Part shown: in pieces, positions 1 to 11,516 of the stretch
Numbering within the stretch: position 1 is the first letter of the stretch
How the letters are laid out: every line of letters starts with the position of its first letter
From: Octopus vulgaris
Lineage: Eukaryota
Assembly (NCBI GenBank): GCA_951406725.2
Contig: OX597826.1
Span: 33,356,001 to 33,420,000 of the forward strand
Length of the DNA: 64,000 nt
Direction of reading: 5' to 3'
Notes under the pieces: model-generated
The model's input: the letters and a program-made list of their open reading frames with translations, nothing else
What the model was told of the DNA's origin: nothing
Database searches by the model: none
Translations under genes and position numbers: made by a program

Positions 1-715
1 GGTGCTTTTTACGTGCCACCCGCACAGGTGCCAGACAGAGCTGGCAAACGGCCACGAACGGATGGTGCTTTTACGTGTCACCGGCACGGGGCCAGGCGAG
101 GCTGGCAACGGACATGAACGGATGGTGCTTTTACGTGCCACCAACACGGGGGCCAGACAGAGCTGGCAAACGGCCATGAAACGGATGGTGCTTTTACGTG
201 TCACCAGCACGGGGGCCAGGCGAGGCTGGCAACGGACACGAACGGATGGTGCTTTTACATGCCAACGACACGGGGGGCCAGACAGGGCTGGCAAACGGCC
301 ACGAACGGATGGTGCTTTTACGTGTCACCGGCACGGGGGCCAGGCCAGGCTGGCAACGGACACGAATGGATGGTGCTTTTACATGTCACCGACATGGGGG
401 CCAGACAGGGCTGGCAAACGGCCACGAACGGATGATGCTTTTACATGTCACCAACATGGGGGCCAGACAGGGCTGGCAAACGGCCACGAACGGATGGTGC
501 TTTTACGTGTCACCGGCACGGGGGCCAGACAGAGCTGGCAAACGGCCACAAACGGATGGTGCTTTTACGTGTCACCGGCACGGGGGCCAGGCCAGGCTGG
601 CAACGAACACAAACGGCTGGTGCTTTTACGTGCCACCGACACGGGGGCCAGACAGGGCTGGCAAACGGCTACGAACGGATGGTGCTTTTATGTGTCACCT
701 GCACGGGGGCCCTGA
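1..715 (-). repeat. ~61-bp tandem array (about 11.5 units) in the RTE 3' UTR
   Basis: Unit ggtgcttttacgtgYcaccggcacgggggccag(acagRg|gcgagg)ctggcaa(a)cggMcacgaacggat is repeated in two variants. Track ORFs 2..715, 198..833 and 445..741 are by-products. Confidence 0.95.
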
Positions 716-759
716 TGTTGATCGACCTCAATTTGGTTTGATTTTGATTTTGACTGTTC

Positions 760-3092
760 TCACTGGTCTTGCCGGGTTTTCTCACGCACAGCAAACTTCC
801 AAAGGTCTCGGTCACTGGTCATTTCCTTGGTGAGACCTAAAGTTCGAAGGTCGTGCTTCACCGCCTCGACCCAGGTTTTCCTGGGTCTACCTCTTCCACA
901 GGTCCCCTCAACTGCCAGGGTGTGGCACTTTCGCACACAACTATCTTCAACCATTCTCATCACATGACCATACCAGCGCATACGTCTCTCTTGCACACAA
1001 CAACTGATGCTTCTTAGGTTCAACTTTTCTCTCAAGGTACTTACACTCTGTCGATTATGAACACTGATGTTACACATCCATCGGAGCATACTAGCTTCAT
1101 TTCTTGCGAGCTTACGCAAATCCTCAGCAGTCACAGCCCAAGTTTCACTACCATGTAGCATGGCTGTACGTACACATGCATCATACAGTCTGCCTTTTAC
1201 TTTGAGCGAGAGGCCTTTTGTCACCAGCAGGGGTAAGAGCTCTCTAAACTTTGCCCAGGCTATTCTTACTCTAGCAGTTATACTTTCAGCGCACCCGCCC
1301 CCGCTACTGACTTGGTCACCTAGGTAACGGAAACTATCAACTACTTCTAGCTTTTCTCCCTGGAAAGTGACGGAAGTTGGTCTCAGAGCATTTTCAGTGT
1401 TTATTGTTCCTGAGCATCTGCCACATACAAAAAACATCTTCCTAGTTAGCCTTCCTTTGACATTGCTGCACCTCTTATGTGTCCATAGCTTACACTTGGT
1501 GCATCTTATAGAGTTTCTACCTACACCTTTTCTACAGATCGAGCAGAGCCATCTACCTGAAGGCGTTTGTGATTGGTCTACCTTCCTACTTATTAGGACT
1601 TTGGTTTTGGCTAGGTTGATTCTAAGGCCCTTCGATTCTAAACCTTATTTCCATACCTGAAACTTCTCCTCTAGTTCTGATAGAGACTCAGCAATTAGAG
1701 CAAGGTCATCAGCATAGAGGAGCTCCCAGGGGCATCCTGTCTTGAATTCCTCCGTTATTGCCTGGAGGACTATGATAAATAGGAGGGGACTGAGGACTGA
1801 ACCTTGGTGGACCCCAACCTCTACCCTGAATTCTTCACTGTACTCGGTGCCAACCCTCACCTTACTAGCAGCGTCTCTGTACATGGCTTGTACAGCTTTC
1901 ACTAACCATTCATCTATCCCTAGTTTCCTCATTGACCACCAGATGAGGGATCGGGGGACCCTGTCAAAGGCTTTCTCCATATCAACAAAAGCCAGGTATA
2001 GGGGCTTGTCTTTGGCTAGGTATTTCTCTTGCAGCTGTCTTACCATGAAAATAGCATCAGTAGTACTTTTCCCTGGCACGAACCCAAACTGCATCTGATC
2101 TAGGCTAACTCTCTCTAATTAGTTGGGCTATAACCCTCTCCATAACCTTCATTACCTGATCCAGCAGCTTGATACCCCTGTAGTTATTTGTATCTAGGGC
2201 GTCACCTTTAACTTTGTAGCAGCTGACTATTATGCTGCTACACCAGTCATTGGGAATGACTCCTTCGTGTATCACCTGGTTAACTATACGGGTGACTAGG
2301 CTATAGCCGACACTACCAGATATTTTGAGCATCTCTGCAGTAATTCCTGATGGGCCTGGGGCTTTCCCTGTTTTCATGCTTTTAATTGCCTTATCTACTA
2401 AGGAACTGTCAACTCGGATTGCTGGTCCCTCTGTTGGGTCAACATTCGGCAGACTCTCTTTATCCCATTCATTTTCCTCATTCAGCACACTGTCTTGCTA
2501 TACGAAATACCTCAAGTCTTTCATCCTCACGGCGCAGGACATTGGCAAGTTTTTTCCTATCTGCTTCCCCTCTGGCTAAATAAACCTGCCTCCTAGCTTC
2601 CCTTCTTGCAGTCTGATACACTTCCCTGCTACCACCGTTCTTCCAGTCCTTCCAAGCCTGTTTCTTTTGTCTAATAGCCCTGTCAACAGTATTGTTCCAC
2701 CACCACGTTATTTTGGGTCTTGTGGGGACTTTGCACCAGCCACAGATCTGGTCAGTGGCTTTCAGCAGGTTGTCCCTTAGAAACGCCCAGTTATCTTCTA
2801 CCCCATGTGTAGCTATGCCCCCTTCTATTTCGTCGAAGGCTTCAAGTAACATGTCTCTAAATCTCTGTCCGTTAGCAGGGTCTTTAAGCTTCCAGACCCT
2901 TCTTCTCCATGTTGGTCGTCTTCTAGTCGTCCTCTTAGTCCTGATCCTAAAGTCACTGACTACCATTCTATGTTGTGGGGTACATTCTTCGCCTAGGAAG
3001 GTTTTGGCATTCATAAGCAGCCATCTTTCCCTTTTTCTGGCAAGGATGTAGTCGATTTGGCTAGTATGCTGGCCCGAACGGTAGGTGACCAA
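760..3092 (-). pseudogene. Disrupted RTE ORF (APE end, RT with PHD finger)
   Basis: ORFs 2478-3092, 2105-2488, 1645-2094 and 760-1437 are separated by frameshifts, a stop at 1645 and an apparent deletion near 2485. Confidence 0.9.
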
Positions 3093-3290
3093 GTGGCTTG
3101 TTGGTTATATATATACGTTTAAATATTTGTTGTGCAAGATTTTTTATGTGAAGTCGTGTGTTGAAACAGATATTGTTATATTTCGGAATGGTCATTTTGC
3201 CAGTTTAGCCAATAAAAACACACGCACTGTATATTTGGTGTTATTTTGCTTCAGTGTTATTTATTTTTTACATTAATCTTAATCTTATTT

Positions 3291-3336
3291 CAGCCAGAGT
3301 TCTTTCGTCACACTCCTGTGACCGCATCAGTGGTCC
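3291..3336 (-). ncRNA. Variant minimal type I hammerhead ribozyme motif
   Basis: Minus strand: ggaCCA-CUGAUGCG-GUCACA ggag UGUGAC-GAAA-GAACUC-UGG. Stem II is a perfect 6 bp, stem I is CCA/UGG, stem III is near-palindromic; the core has CG in place of A9. Confidence 0.55.
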
Positions 3337-3390
3337 TTTGTTTTCTTCTGTTTTATTTGTGTCTCTTCTTACTAACCATCAGCCATTTTG

Positions 3391-3426
<36 letters not shown>

Positions 3427-3453
3427 TACATACATATATATATACATACACAC

Positions 3454-3492
<39 letters not shown>

Positions 3493-3619
3493 TGAAGCAA
3501 CAAGTGAAGATACAAACCTCAGCGGAATAAAAATATCCAAGATTAGACTGGTTGAATGCCTAACAAAACAGGCACATGCATATGTATATATAGTATTATT
3601 AATATTATACAAAATAAGC

Positions 3620-4316
3620 GAGAAAATGGAGATAACATTAATAAAAGTTTATTAACTTTGATAAGACCGGATCTACAATTGTTTCAATTCATCAGTTGCT
3701 GCATAAAAATTGGCCAAATTTAATTTAATTTAACTAAATTTGGTTAGTTACTACAAGTACAAATATTTTCAGGGAAGGGTGTACGAAGAAATTTATTATA
3801 TCGAAAACAAAATGAAAACATAAAAACAGGAAGAATACAGTGTACCATTATAGTTAAAATATATACACAGTTACAGAAATAGATACCATCATAAAACATA
3901 TATATAATTAGTCATAAGTTAATATGAATAATAATAATGAAGACATACCCATACGAAAATACAAATAATGGTGATTGTATTTTCGCATGGGTATGTCTGC
4001 ATTATTGTTATTTATATTAATTTATGACTAATTATATTTTTTTATAACTGTATCTATTTTTAAAGCCATGTATATATTTTCATCTACAATGGAACACTAT
4101 AGTCTTCCTGTTTTTTTGTTTTCATTTTATTTTAAATATGATAATCTTCTTTGTACATCCTTCCCAGAAGATATTTGTACTTGTAGTAATTAAGCAAATT
4201 AATTTAGTTAAATCATGTTTGATTAATTTTTATGCTGCAAGTAATGAATTGAAACAATTGTAGGTCTGGTCTTGTTAGTGTTAATAAACTTTTATTAATG
4301 TTATCCCTATCTTCTC
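3620..4316. repeat. Long imperfect inverted repeat (~345-bp arms, 10-nt loop)
   Basis: 3620-3964 is the reverse complement of 3975-4316, e.g. acatacccatacgaaaatacaa / ttgtattttcgcatgggtatgt and gataacattaataaaagtttattaac / gttaataaacttttattaatgttatc. Confidence 0.9.
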
Positions 4317-4405
4317 TATAGTTTGTTGGTATGCGTGTGTCTGTGTGTGCGTTTGTGTTTGTGTGTGTTTGTGTGTGCGTTTGTGTGTGTGTGTTTGTGT
4401 GTGTT

Positions 4406-4451
<46 letters not shown>

Positions 4452-4939
4452 GGTGCATTTTAGTTTGCTTTATTTCCTGCACGGTATTACTTTTAGATTT
4501 CATGTACACCCTCTCTGAAAGAGGATGGTCTATTTTTGTTGTCTTTCTTTTCATAAGAGTTATGTTTTCTGGAGACTAGCAATAATATCACAGAATACAC
4601 AGACATCAAAAGATGCTAATTAAATAGAAAGGTGATACTGAAACATATAACTAATTGTTGAAGATTTGGTACAGTATCGATGCCTTGACAGGTGTGAGTA
4701 TCTTTTCTATGCTTAACACCTTCTTTTTCTTCTCATTAGCCTTCTACACACTGACAACCATTGTCTATTTGCAATTTTATATTTAAACACCTTACATCAA
4801 ACTTGTACTCTTTCTATGAACAAAGTTCTTAAAAACTCTTTTCCAGGCACATAAGGACTGCTATACTAAACCCAGTATAATTAAATTCATAGTAGTGTAA
4901 TATAGTTTTTATGTGGGAATTTTCTGATGTATATATAAA

Positions 4940-5460
4940 TGTATTCAAACCATTCATAGCCAGCCAAATATTTTACCTGTTTTATGTTCAAACCGTGGAG
5001 GAACATGGCCTAGTGGTTAAAGCAGTGGACTCGCGGTCGAGGGATCATGGTTTGAATCTCAGACCAGGCCATGTGTGTGTTTATGAGCGAAACACCTAAG
5101 CTTCACGTGGCTCCAGCAGAAGGTAATAGCAAACTTCTGCTGACTCTTTTGCCACAACTTTCTCTCACTCTTTCCCTCTTGCATCTTGCAGCTCACCTGC
5201 GACAGAATGGCGTCCCATCCAGGTGGGGAACCTATACACCAAGGAAACCAGGAAACCGGCCCTTATGAACCAGGCATGGCTCAAGAAGGAACAAACAACA
5301 ATGTTCAAACCAAACATATCCAGCCTATTGCGTCTACCCTAAAAGTAAACAATAACATTATTGAAATCTCAAAGCCATAGGATAATACATCAATAATTCA
5401 AAACAATGTGAATAAACAATCAGAACATTTGATAGAGTTATCAGAATGCTGAAGAGTTAA
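4940..5460. mobile_element. TTAA-type MITE (family A) interrupted by a SINE
   Basis: Right end aatgctgaagagttaa and body match the copies at 24446-25074 and 31325-31505. Confidence 0.6.
4995..5300 (+). mobile_element. tRNA-derived SINE with V-domain-like core, full length with TSD
   Basis: A box tggcctagtgg, B box ggtttgaatc, core cctgcgacagaatggcgtcccatccagg and (AAC)n tail. 11-bp TSD atgttcaaacc at 4984-4994 and 5301-5311. Confidence 0.85.
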
Positions 5461-5650
5461 ATTTTCTTTTAAAAGCCAAAGCGATGCAAGTGATAAAAAA
5501 ATTAATAATACATTTCATTGATTAATTCTATTACCTTGAGTTTTAATATTTCAAGGTAATCTATCACCACTTATTTTCCATAGACTGCCTGAAGAAGAGG
5601 TATTAACCCTAAAATATTGAAATACCAGGTAATAGTAATAACAATCGAGC

Positions 5651-6090
5651 TTTTTTATTCTTTTATTCTTTTACTTGTTTCAGTCATTTTGACTGTCAGC
5701 CATGCTGGAGCACACCACATTTAGTTGAACAAATCGACTTCGGGACTTCTTCTTTGTAAGCCTAGAACTTATTCTCTCAGTGTCTTTTTGCCAAATTGGT
5801 AAGTTACGGGGACGTAAGTGCACTAACATCGGTTATCAAGTGATGGGGGGTGGGGGGCAGACACAGACACACACAAAAAAAAATGGTGTGCATATATATA
5901 TATATATATATATGTACATACAAACACGACGGACTTCTTTCAGTTTCTGTCTACTGAATCCACTCACAAGGCTTTGGTCAGCCCAGAGCTAGAGGAGAAG
6001 ACACTTGCCCAAGGTGCTATGCAGTAGTACTGAACACGGAACCATGTGGTTGGGAAGCAAGCTTCTCATCACACAGCCACTCCTGTGCCT
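5651..6090 (-). mobile_element. Major tRNA-derived SINE family (family 1; CORE/OR-like)
   Basis: Head ggcacaggagtggctgtgtg..ggttc..cttgggcaagtgtcttc, internal (TA/TG)n, tail gctccagcatggc..aatgactgaaacaagtaaaaga. Many copies in the window. Confidence 0.9.
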
Positions 6091-6217
6091 ATTTTTATTT
6101 TTGTAACTTGTGTTGTTTGAAGTTTTACGACAAAATTAACTTCTTGTTGAAATGCACAGTATGATCCTCAACAAGGTGATGGGAATATTATATAATTATT
6201 ATAAGATTTGAGATCAT

Positions 6218-6780
6218 AGATGCAGGTGTAGCTGTCTGGTAAAAAATTTTGGTTCCCAATCACATGGTTCTGGGTTCAGTACTGCAGCATGGCACATTGG
6301 GAAAGTGTCTTCTACTATAGCCTTGGGCCAACCAAAGCCTTGTGAGTGGATTTGGTAGACAGAAACTGAAAGAAGCCTGTTGTATATGTGTGTATGTGTG
6401 TGTGTGTATGTGTGTGTTTCTTTGTGTTTGAGTTTGTCTCCCACTATCACTTGAAAACCCATGTTAGTGTGTTTCTGTCCCCATAACGTAGCTGTTTAGC
6501 AAAAAGAGATTGATAAAATAAGTACCACTCTTATCCCCATTAAGTCCCACTGTCCTAGTTATAGGACACTGAGTATTTTCATTTCTACTTGAAGTAAAGG
6601 AGTTTTGATAATTATTTTTTTCATTTTAACCTATTTTCAATCATTTGTAAAAATTTAAGTATCTGAGACTTAATGGGTTAAAAGATTAATTAGCACTGGG
6701 GGTTGATTCAATTGACTTAAATCCTTCAATGCAGTGCTCCAGTATGGCCACAAACTAATAATTGAAACAGTTAAGTATAA
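6218..6780 (+). mobile_element. SINE family 1 copy split by a small MITE
   Basis: Head and body at 6218-6528; the tail (gtgctccagtatggccac..gaaacag) resumes at ~6690. Confidence 0.8.
6531..6680. mobile_element. Small MITE with TTAA-like ends
   Basis: Terminal inverted repeats ttatccccattaagtccca / tgagacttaatgggttaa. Confidence 0.6.
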
Positions 6781-7394
6781 TAAAAATTTTAAAAAAAGGC
6801 TATCTAGAGAATGGATCCACAAACTACACGCAAGCAGCTGCTTGATAAACAAGATCAGTGATTACATGATGAAAACAATGTTTTTTTAAAACTATCTTTT
6901 TGAGAGACAGCACCACAAACTCTATTGAAGAATAAATAATTGCTAAAATATTGTATATGTTATTGACAATGTCATGTTATTAATTGTGCCTTAGTTCTCT
7001 AGAGAGACACATCTTTTGGTATAAGCTAAATCATTGGTTCTGTTTTGACATATCTACTTTTTATCTGTCAAAATTTTAATCAGGTGAAAAAAAAAAGCAT
7101 CAAAAGAAGTCTCAATTCAAGTAACATAATAAAATAAACAATAAAAAAAAACATAAAATAAACACCTATATAAGCGGTTCTTATCCACAACTCCTGGGGT
7201 CGCATGCAGACCTCAAGCCTCTTTCAGACAGCCTCGATGGCCTTCCCTCTGCAAATACAATTAATTTTTCTTTAGTCAACTGGGGTTTTACTTTTTGGGA
7301 TGCAGGCCCCTAAAAACCCCTAAGTGCTGGATCAGGCCGGGATATTAAAAAGGTTGCAAAGCACTGACCTATTTACTTGTGGAAATGTATAGAG

Positions 7395-7727
7395 TAAAGA
7401 ACCCCTTCAGTCATGAACGACCATAGGATTGCACCTAGAAAGTTTCCCTCTGAGGCACAAGTCTGGGCAAGGTTGTTTATGGAAGACCAGCAGTCTCCCA
7501 TGCATACCATCCTCCCCCTCTCCATGCCACCAATGTTATCCAAGGAAAAGGTATGCAGTTTGGCACCTGCAGTGTCATTGCAACTCATTTCTAAAGCTGA
7601 GTGAATTGAAGCAATGTGAAATAAAGTATCTTGCTCAAGAACACAACACATAGTGAGGTCCAGGAATTAAACTCACTACCTCATGATTGTGTGCTCGATT
7701 CTTTAACCACTGAGCCACGTGCCTTCA
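7395..7727 (-). mobile_element. tRNA-derived SINE with CORE-like domain (family 3)
   Basis: Minus strand: gtggctcagtggttaaag (A box), gagtttaattcc (B box), gttgtgttcttgagcaagatacttt (CORE-like). Confidence 0.75.
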
Positions 7728-8244
7728 CAGAAATGTATAAGGCTACATTTTTTAATATACAATCTTCAAACATCGTCTTGATGTATTGTTCTTGCATTCT
7801 TTCTTCATTATTGAAAAAGCCTTGTGGCCATCATTAAATCCACTTTGATTGGGACTCATTGATAATGGCCTTCCACTCATCTTTGCCTTCCATTGCAATT
7901 GGTAGAAGTTCATGGAAAAATGAAAGTGTCCTATTCCAGCACCATAATGTATAACATTGCTGGAATTTTTCATTCTGATTTCCCCTCCTGTGTTGGCTCC
8001 CTTAAAGCATTTGGCGAATTCATCCTTCTTTTAATGAGGCCATTATTTTAGTAGGCCCCCAAATTAAATTATAGATGCGAGTAAACAATATTATTAGATC
8101 GGTTGTGTATGAAAGTGAGGTCTACATTAATATTTGTATAAGTTTCCATATTTTTATTACCCAGAACATTTGCATATACTTATGTACAACAATTATTTCA
8201 ATACACCAAACAAGAAACATATACATACAAAGAGTTAAAGGTTT

Positions 8245-8632
8245 CATCATCATCATCATCATCATCATTTAACATCTATTTTCCATGCTAGCATGAGTTG
8301 GACGGTTTGACCAGGGTCTAGGAAGCCAGGAGGCTTCACCAGGCTCCAGTCTGGTCTGGCAGTGTTTCTACAGCTGGATGCCCTTCCTAATGCCAACCAG
8401 TCTGTGAGTGTAGTGGGTGCTTTTTACGTACAACCGGCACAGTGGCCAGAAGAGGCTGGCAAATGGCTATGATCGGTTGGTGCCTTTTACTTGCCACCGG
8501 CACAGACACCAGTCAAGGCAGCGCTGGCATCAGCCACATTCAGATGGTGCTTTTTATATGCTACCAGCACGAGTATCACAACTACAATTTCCATTTGATT
8601 TTTATTTTGATGTTGATGTACGATCCAAGGTT
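8245..8632 (-). mobile_element. RTE 3'-end fragment: (GAT)n tail, 3' UTR and ~2.5 array units
   Basis: (cat)n-tttaacatc..ccatgctagcatg..ggatgcccttcctaatgccaacc..gtgtagtgggtgctttttacg, followed by the same unit as 1-715. Confidence 0.85.
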
Positions 8633-9495
8633 ATCTCTTTATATATATATAAAAATATAAGTTTTATTACAATACAATAATATTATTTTCCAGCGACTGC
8701 TATTTCCAGCAAAAATTGGTACCTTGTTGTACCACTATTTCCTATTTATACCTTTATATATAAATATATATATATACATATACATATAATCATATATATA
8801 TATGTGTGTCTGTGTACGCATATATAAAGATATACACATACAAGTATATATACTTATATATCTTAAATAAAATTAAAATATCCTAGCGTATGTTGTATTA
8901 ACGTTACCAGACACCTTATACTATCCTATTCATAGAAAATTTCTGTATACTTATGAATAATATCATACAATAAATTTTATTTTAATAAACGTTAATAATA
9001 TATTCTCTGACCATAGTTGATATCATGCTCTGCTATTAAACAATAGCAGTTTCTTTTATTCCATTAAAGAATTTTTCATTAAACTCTCCATTTCATTCCA
9101 TTACTTCTTTCCATTGTTATCAATCTGATTTCTGATGAGATTCTTAAACATACGCAAATTAAGGCTTCTGTTATCCATTCGAAAACTCAAAGCCCATTTT
9201 TTAAAAGTGATATCAAACGACTTCATTTAAACTTCTTTACTATAATTGTATATTACTTCTCTCTCTTTCTCTGTCTCTGTCTCTCTTGCTTTCTCTCTCT
9301 CTCTCTCTCTTTCTCTCACTGTCTGCCTATCTGTCTGTCTCCTCTTTTCTTCAGTTGTTCCGAAGCATTCACTAAATATCAAACATTCTCTTACAAAATA
9401 TCTTTCTCTTAGCTATAATTGTCTGTTTTGGTGCTACAGAAGATTCTAAAGGCGTCTTTTATCAACACATATCTGGCACCAGAAAAAAAAAGAAA

Positions 9496-9530
<35 letters not shown>

Positions 9531-9574
9531 TAAACACAATAACGATGATGATATAAAATTTTTATGCTTTCTTA

Positions 9575-9719
9575 AACATTCTCTAGAACAATACTTTGTG
9601 CAAACCAAATATATAGCATCCTAGTCATAACACCAATTTGAACTTCTAATTTGTTGTCTCTTGAGGTCTCTGGGTGAGACTTGAAGTCATCTTGTACAAA
9701 TACAAAGCAAATGTCAAAC

Positions 9720-9762
<43 letters not shown>
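9575..9762 (+). mobile_element. R4/Dong LINE 3' UTR fragment with (TAA)n tail
   Basis: ttgaggtctctgggtgagacttg and flanks match the 3' UTR at 60290-60430. Confidence 0.75.
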
Positions 9763-9799
9763 TATTATTATTATTATAATTATTATTATTATTATTATT

Positions 9800-10078
9800 A
9801 AGACAATGACATTGCATGGTGCCTTCCAACCTAAGGCAAGTGTACACAGGCTCTACATGAAGAGATGTAAAGGTGGATGTGGGCTGATTAGCATATGAAA
9901 GTGCATCAACAATGAAAGAAGAAACGAAGCAGAGTATTTGGTGAATAGCAAGCAAGACCTGCTACAGTATGCTGTTAATGCAGAAGGATTTACCAAAAAT
10001 CCCAGAGAGTGCTTATCAATTCTGATCACAAATAGCCACTGAGAGAGAAGTAACTCTACTCCACATGGAATTACAGAC
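9800..10078 (+). mobile_element. R4/Dong LINE internal fragment (post-RT region)
   Basis: Translates KTMTLHGAFQPKASVHRLYMKRCKGGCGLISI, homologous to HHPKSDIERLYIQRIEGGRGL at 49102-49446. It starts at a (TTA)n tract. Confidence 0.8.
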
Positions 10079-10371
10079 ATTATTTACGTTCGACGGATAT
10101 TTGTCCTCATTTTTTTTATTGTTAACGCAACGTTTCACTTGATGTACCCTCCAGCCTTCATCAGGTGTCTTGGGGAAATTTCGAACCTGGGTTCTCATTC
10201 CTAAGATATTTATCAATGTTGTTGTTGTTGTTATTATTATTATTATTATTATCATTATTATTATTATTATCATTATTATTATTATTCAGGTCACTGCCTG
10301 GAATCAAACTTGGAACCTTGGGGTTAGTAGCCCATGCTCTTAACCACTACACCATATGCCCGTGGGCATAT
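10079..10371 (-). mobile_element. Composite SINE: tRNA-like head, (AAT)n, hammerhead-bearing tail (copy 1)
   Basis: Head 10361-10285 (tggtgtagtggttaagagc..gtttgattcc), (AAT)n ~10284-10218, tail with CUGAUGA..GAAACGUU at 10171-10124 (stem II decayed). Homologous copy at 48045-50917. Confidence 0.85.
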
Positions 10372-10444
10372 CTGTGAATTTTCAGGCAATTTCATTCACT
10401 AGAAAAATTTCAGCACATATGGGTTACAATCCAAATTTGTTTAA

Positions 10445-10711
10445 GATTCTGGCACAAGGTCAGAAATTTTAGAGGCGATTTGTTAGGTCAATTACATCGA
10501 TCCCAATGTCCAGCTGGTACTTATTGTATTGACAAAGTCATCCATGACAGGATTTGAACTCAGAATATAAGGATGTATGAAATGTAACTAGGCATTCTAC
10601 CCAGTGTTCTAAGTCGACCTCGGCGGAATTTGAACTCAGAACGTAATGGCAGATGAAATACCGCTAAGCATTTTGCCCAATGTGCTAACAATTCTGCCAG
10701 CTCACCACCTT
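10445..10711 (-). mobile_element. Nin/Deu-domain-like tRNA SINE (family 2), two overlapping pieces
   Basis: Minus strand aaggtggtgagctggcagaa..ttctgagttcaaattccgccgaggtcgac and tail aataagtaccagc..ccttgtgcc. Confidence 0.8.
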
Positions 10712-11516
10712 AATATATTAAAACCCATTAAATGGAATGATATCCTTATCAGTAAGCCAAAAATCTGACTGTTTTAAGAAGTAAAATTCTCAAGTTTGAA
10801 TTTTACAAACTTCTATTTTTTCCTTTTAAAGAATCTGCGTAGTTTCCATTGTTATTAACTCAAATCTCCAATGACTCCACCATCTATTGTCTTTCACAGA
10901 TTTTCCAAAAACCAATTTTCTAATAAGGTAAACAAACTTTCACATATGCCAAGCAATTCTCATCAGAGACACTTGCTATTTCAATTTTCTATGTCAAACA
11001 GAAGATTTTGTGTGGAAAATCAGTGAACAGTTTTTAAAGGATTGGCTATATTTGGTAGGATATTTCATATCTGATATCGCTTAAGATGTTACTTCATCTA
11101 ATATGCATACCGTTTGAGAGCATTTATAAATGAAAATTTACTCTGTATGACTGTAAGCCTTAAATAATCTCCATCAACTTAAATCAGTATTTAGACTTTA
11201 ATGTGTAAAGATAGCCATTTTGTCTGTGGTAGAATTTCAAAAATAAATGACTTTGTTTAGTTTTAGGAAAGCTTATTCTACAAGAATAATTTTACAAGAA
11301 TGTACATATAAAGATGCTAAACCCTTTCTCATTTAGCCAAACACCCCAATATGGGTACTTACAATACAAACAGCACAAAACAACAACAACAAAAAACAGT
11401 ACATACAAGCAATGGAATTGGTAAGATATTGGCAAACCCTGAAAAAGATTAAATAATTGCAAAATATTTTCCCTCCTTAAAATGGATTTTAGGTAAATCA
11501 CCCTCAAAAATCTATA

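Larger units (their letters stand above)
1..3092 (-). mobile_element. RTE-clade non-LTR retrotransposon, 5'-truncated; 3' end runs off the window
   Basis: Collinear minus-strand ORF pieces: end of APE endonuclease (TYRSG..SQIDYIL..QHRMVVSDF), RT (KAPGPSGI, NYRGIKLL, QFGFVPGKST, FVDMEKAFDRVP, GVHQGSVLSPLLF, LLYADD) and RTE C-terminus (RWYGHVMRM..GRGRPRKTW..DRDLW). The 3' UTR carries a tandem array. Confidence 0.95.

Noticed and set aside
1-715. CRISPR-like array or repeat protein ORFs (237 aa, 211 aa)
   Set aside because: There are no unique spacers and no cas genes. It is a tandem array in a LINE 3' UTR, and the ORFs are antisense by-products.
9125-9195. CTGATGAG..TCGAAA as a hammerhead
   Set aside because: Stem II is only 2 bp, and stems I and III do not form.
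10950-11200. Possible hAT C-terminal remnant
   Set aside because: Only vague motif resemblance.
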